Source: Octopus vulgaris (taxonomy: Eukaryota). Taken from it: a DNA stretch of 64,000 nt. The position numbers and the translations under genes were made by a program. Positions within the stretch are counted from its first letter, which is position 1. Every line of letters starts with the position of its first letter. Positions 63,558-64,000 of the stretch are shown here, piece after piece. The notes beneath the pieces are model-generated. The model did no database searches. It saw only the letters and a list, made by a program, of their open reading frames with translations, and had not been told where the DNA came from. The stretch is from the NCBI GenBank assembly GCA_951406725.2, contig OX597821.1:23870001-23934000 (forward strand), read 5' to 3'.

Positions 63558-64000
63558 TATGTTTGACTTTTGCTTTACAAGTTGGCTCCAAGTCTCACCC
63601 AGAGACCTCAAGAGATAACAAGTTGGAAGTTCATGCTGGTGTTATGCCTAGGGTGCCATATATTTGGTTTTGTACTTAGTGTTGTACTAGTGAATGTTTA
63701 AGAAAACCATAAGAAAATTATGTTTGTTTTAAAACTTGAAATTACATAGAAAGTATTTTGCGTAGGATATGAGCAGTTCCCATGAGCACTATCTTTTGAA
63801 TTTCTGCCATTTTGGGGTTTCCTGGTATCTGAGCTAGGTAGCAATCAGCCCCTTTTGCTATCATTCCCAGGGCACCAATGACAACAGGTATTGTTTTAGT
63901 CTTCAGGTTCCACATTTTGCTAATTTCTATTTCAAGATTTTCATATTTGCTCAGTTTTTGGTAGGTCTTGACAGATACGTTTATATCGATTGGGACAGGG

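Overview
AT-rich, repeat-dense eukaryotic genomic DNA. The tRNA-derived SINE families, abundant (TA)n/(CAT)n microsatellites and long introns suggest a cephalopod such as Octopus (inference). Three host genes are visible: the last four exons of an OvoA-like SAM-methyltransferase-domain gene (+, 1988-10526); an intronless RPA3 with twin E2F sites (+, 23933-24286); and the last nine coding exons of a choline transporter-like SLC44A/CTL gene (-, 60777-35536). The rest is SINEs, LINE relics, Helitrons and Tc1/mariner/pogo/hAT/piggyBac relics. Three observations stand out. (1) Three intact, mutually unrelated minimal type I hammerhead ribozymes, plus one degenerate candidate, have long hairpin stems II and lie in short AT-rich units next to (TA)n tracts, resembling Penelope-like or retrozyme elements. 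(2) Two TSD-bounded gag/ORF1-only 'half-LINE' retroelements share a 3' stem-loop tail with a SINE family. (3) There are many local foldback inversions. Most short ORFs in the track are microsatellite or SINE artefacts. Repeat boundaries are approximate unless a TSD or TIR is cited.
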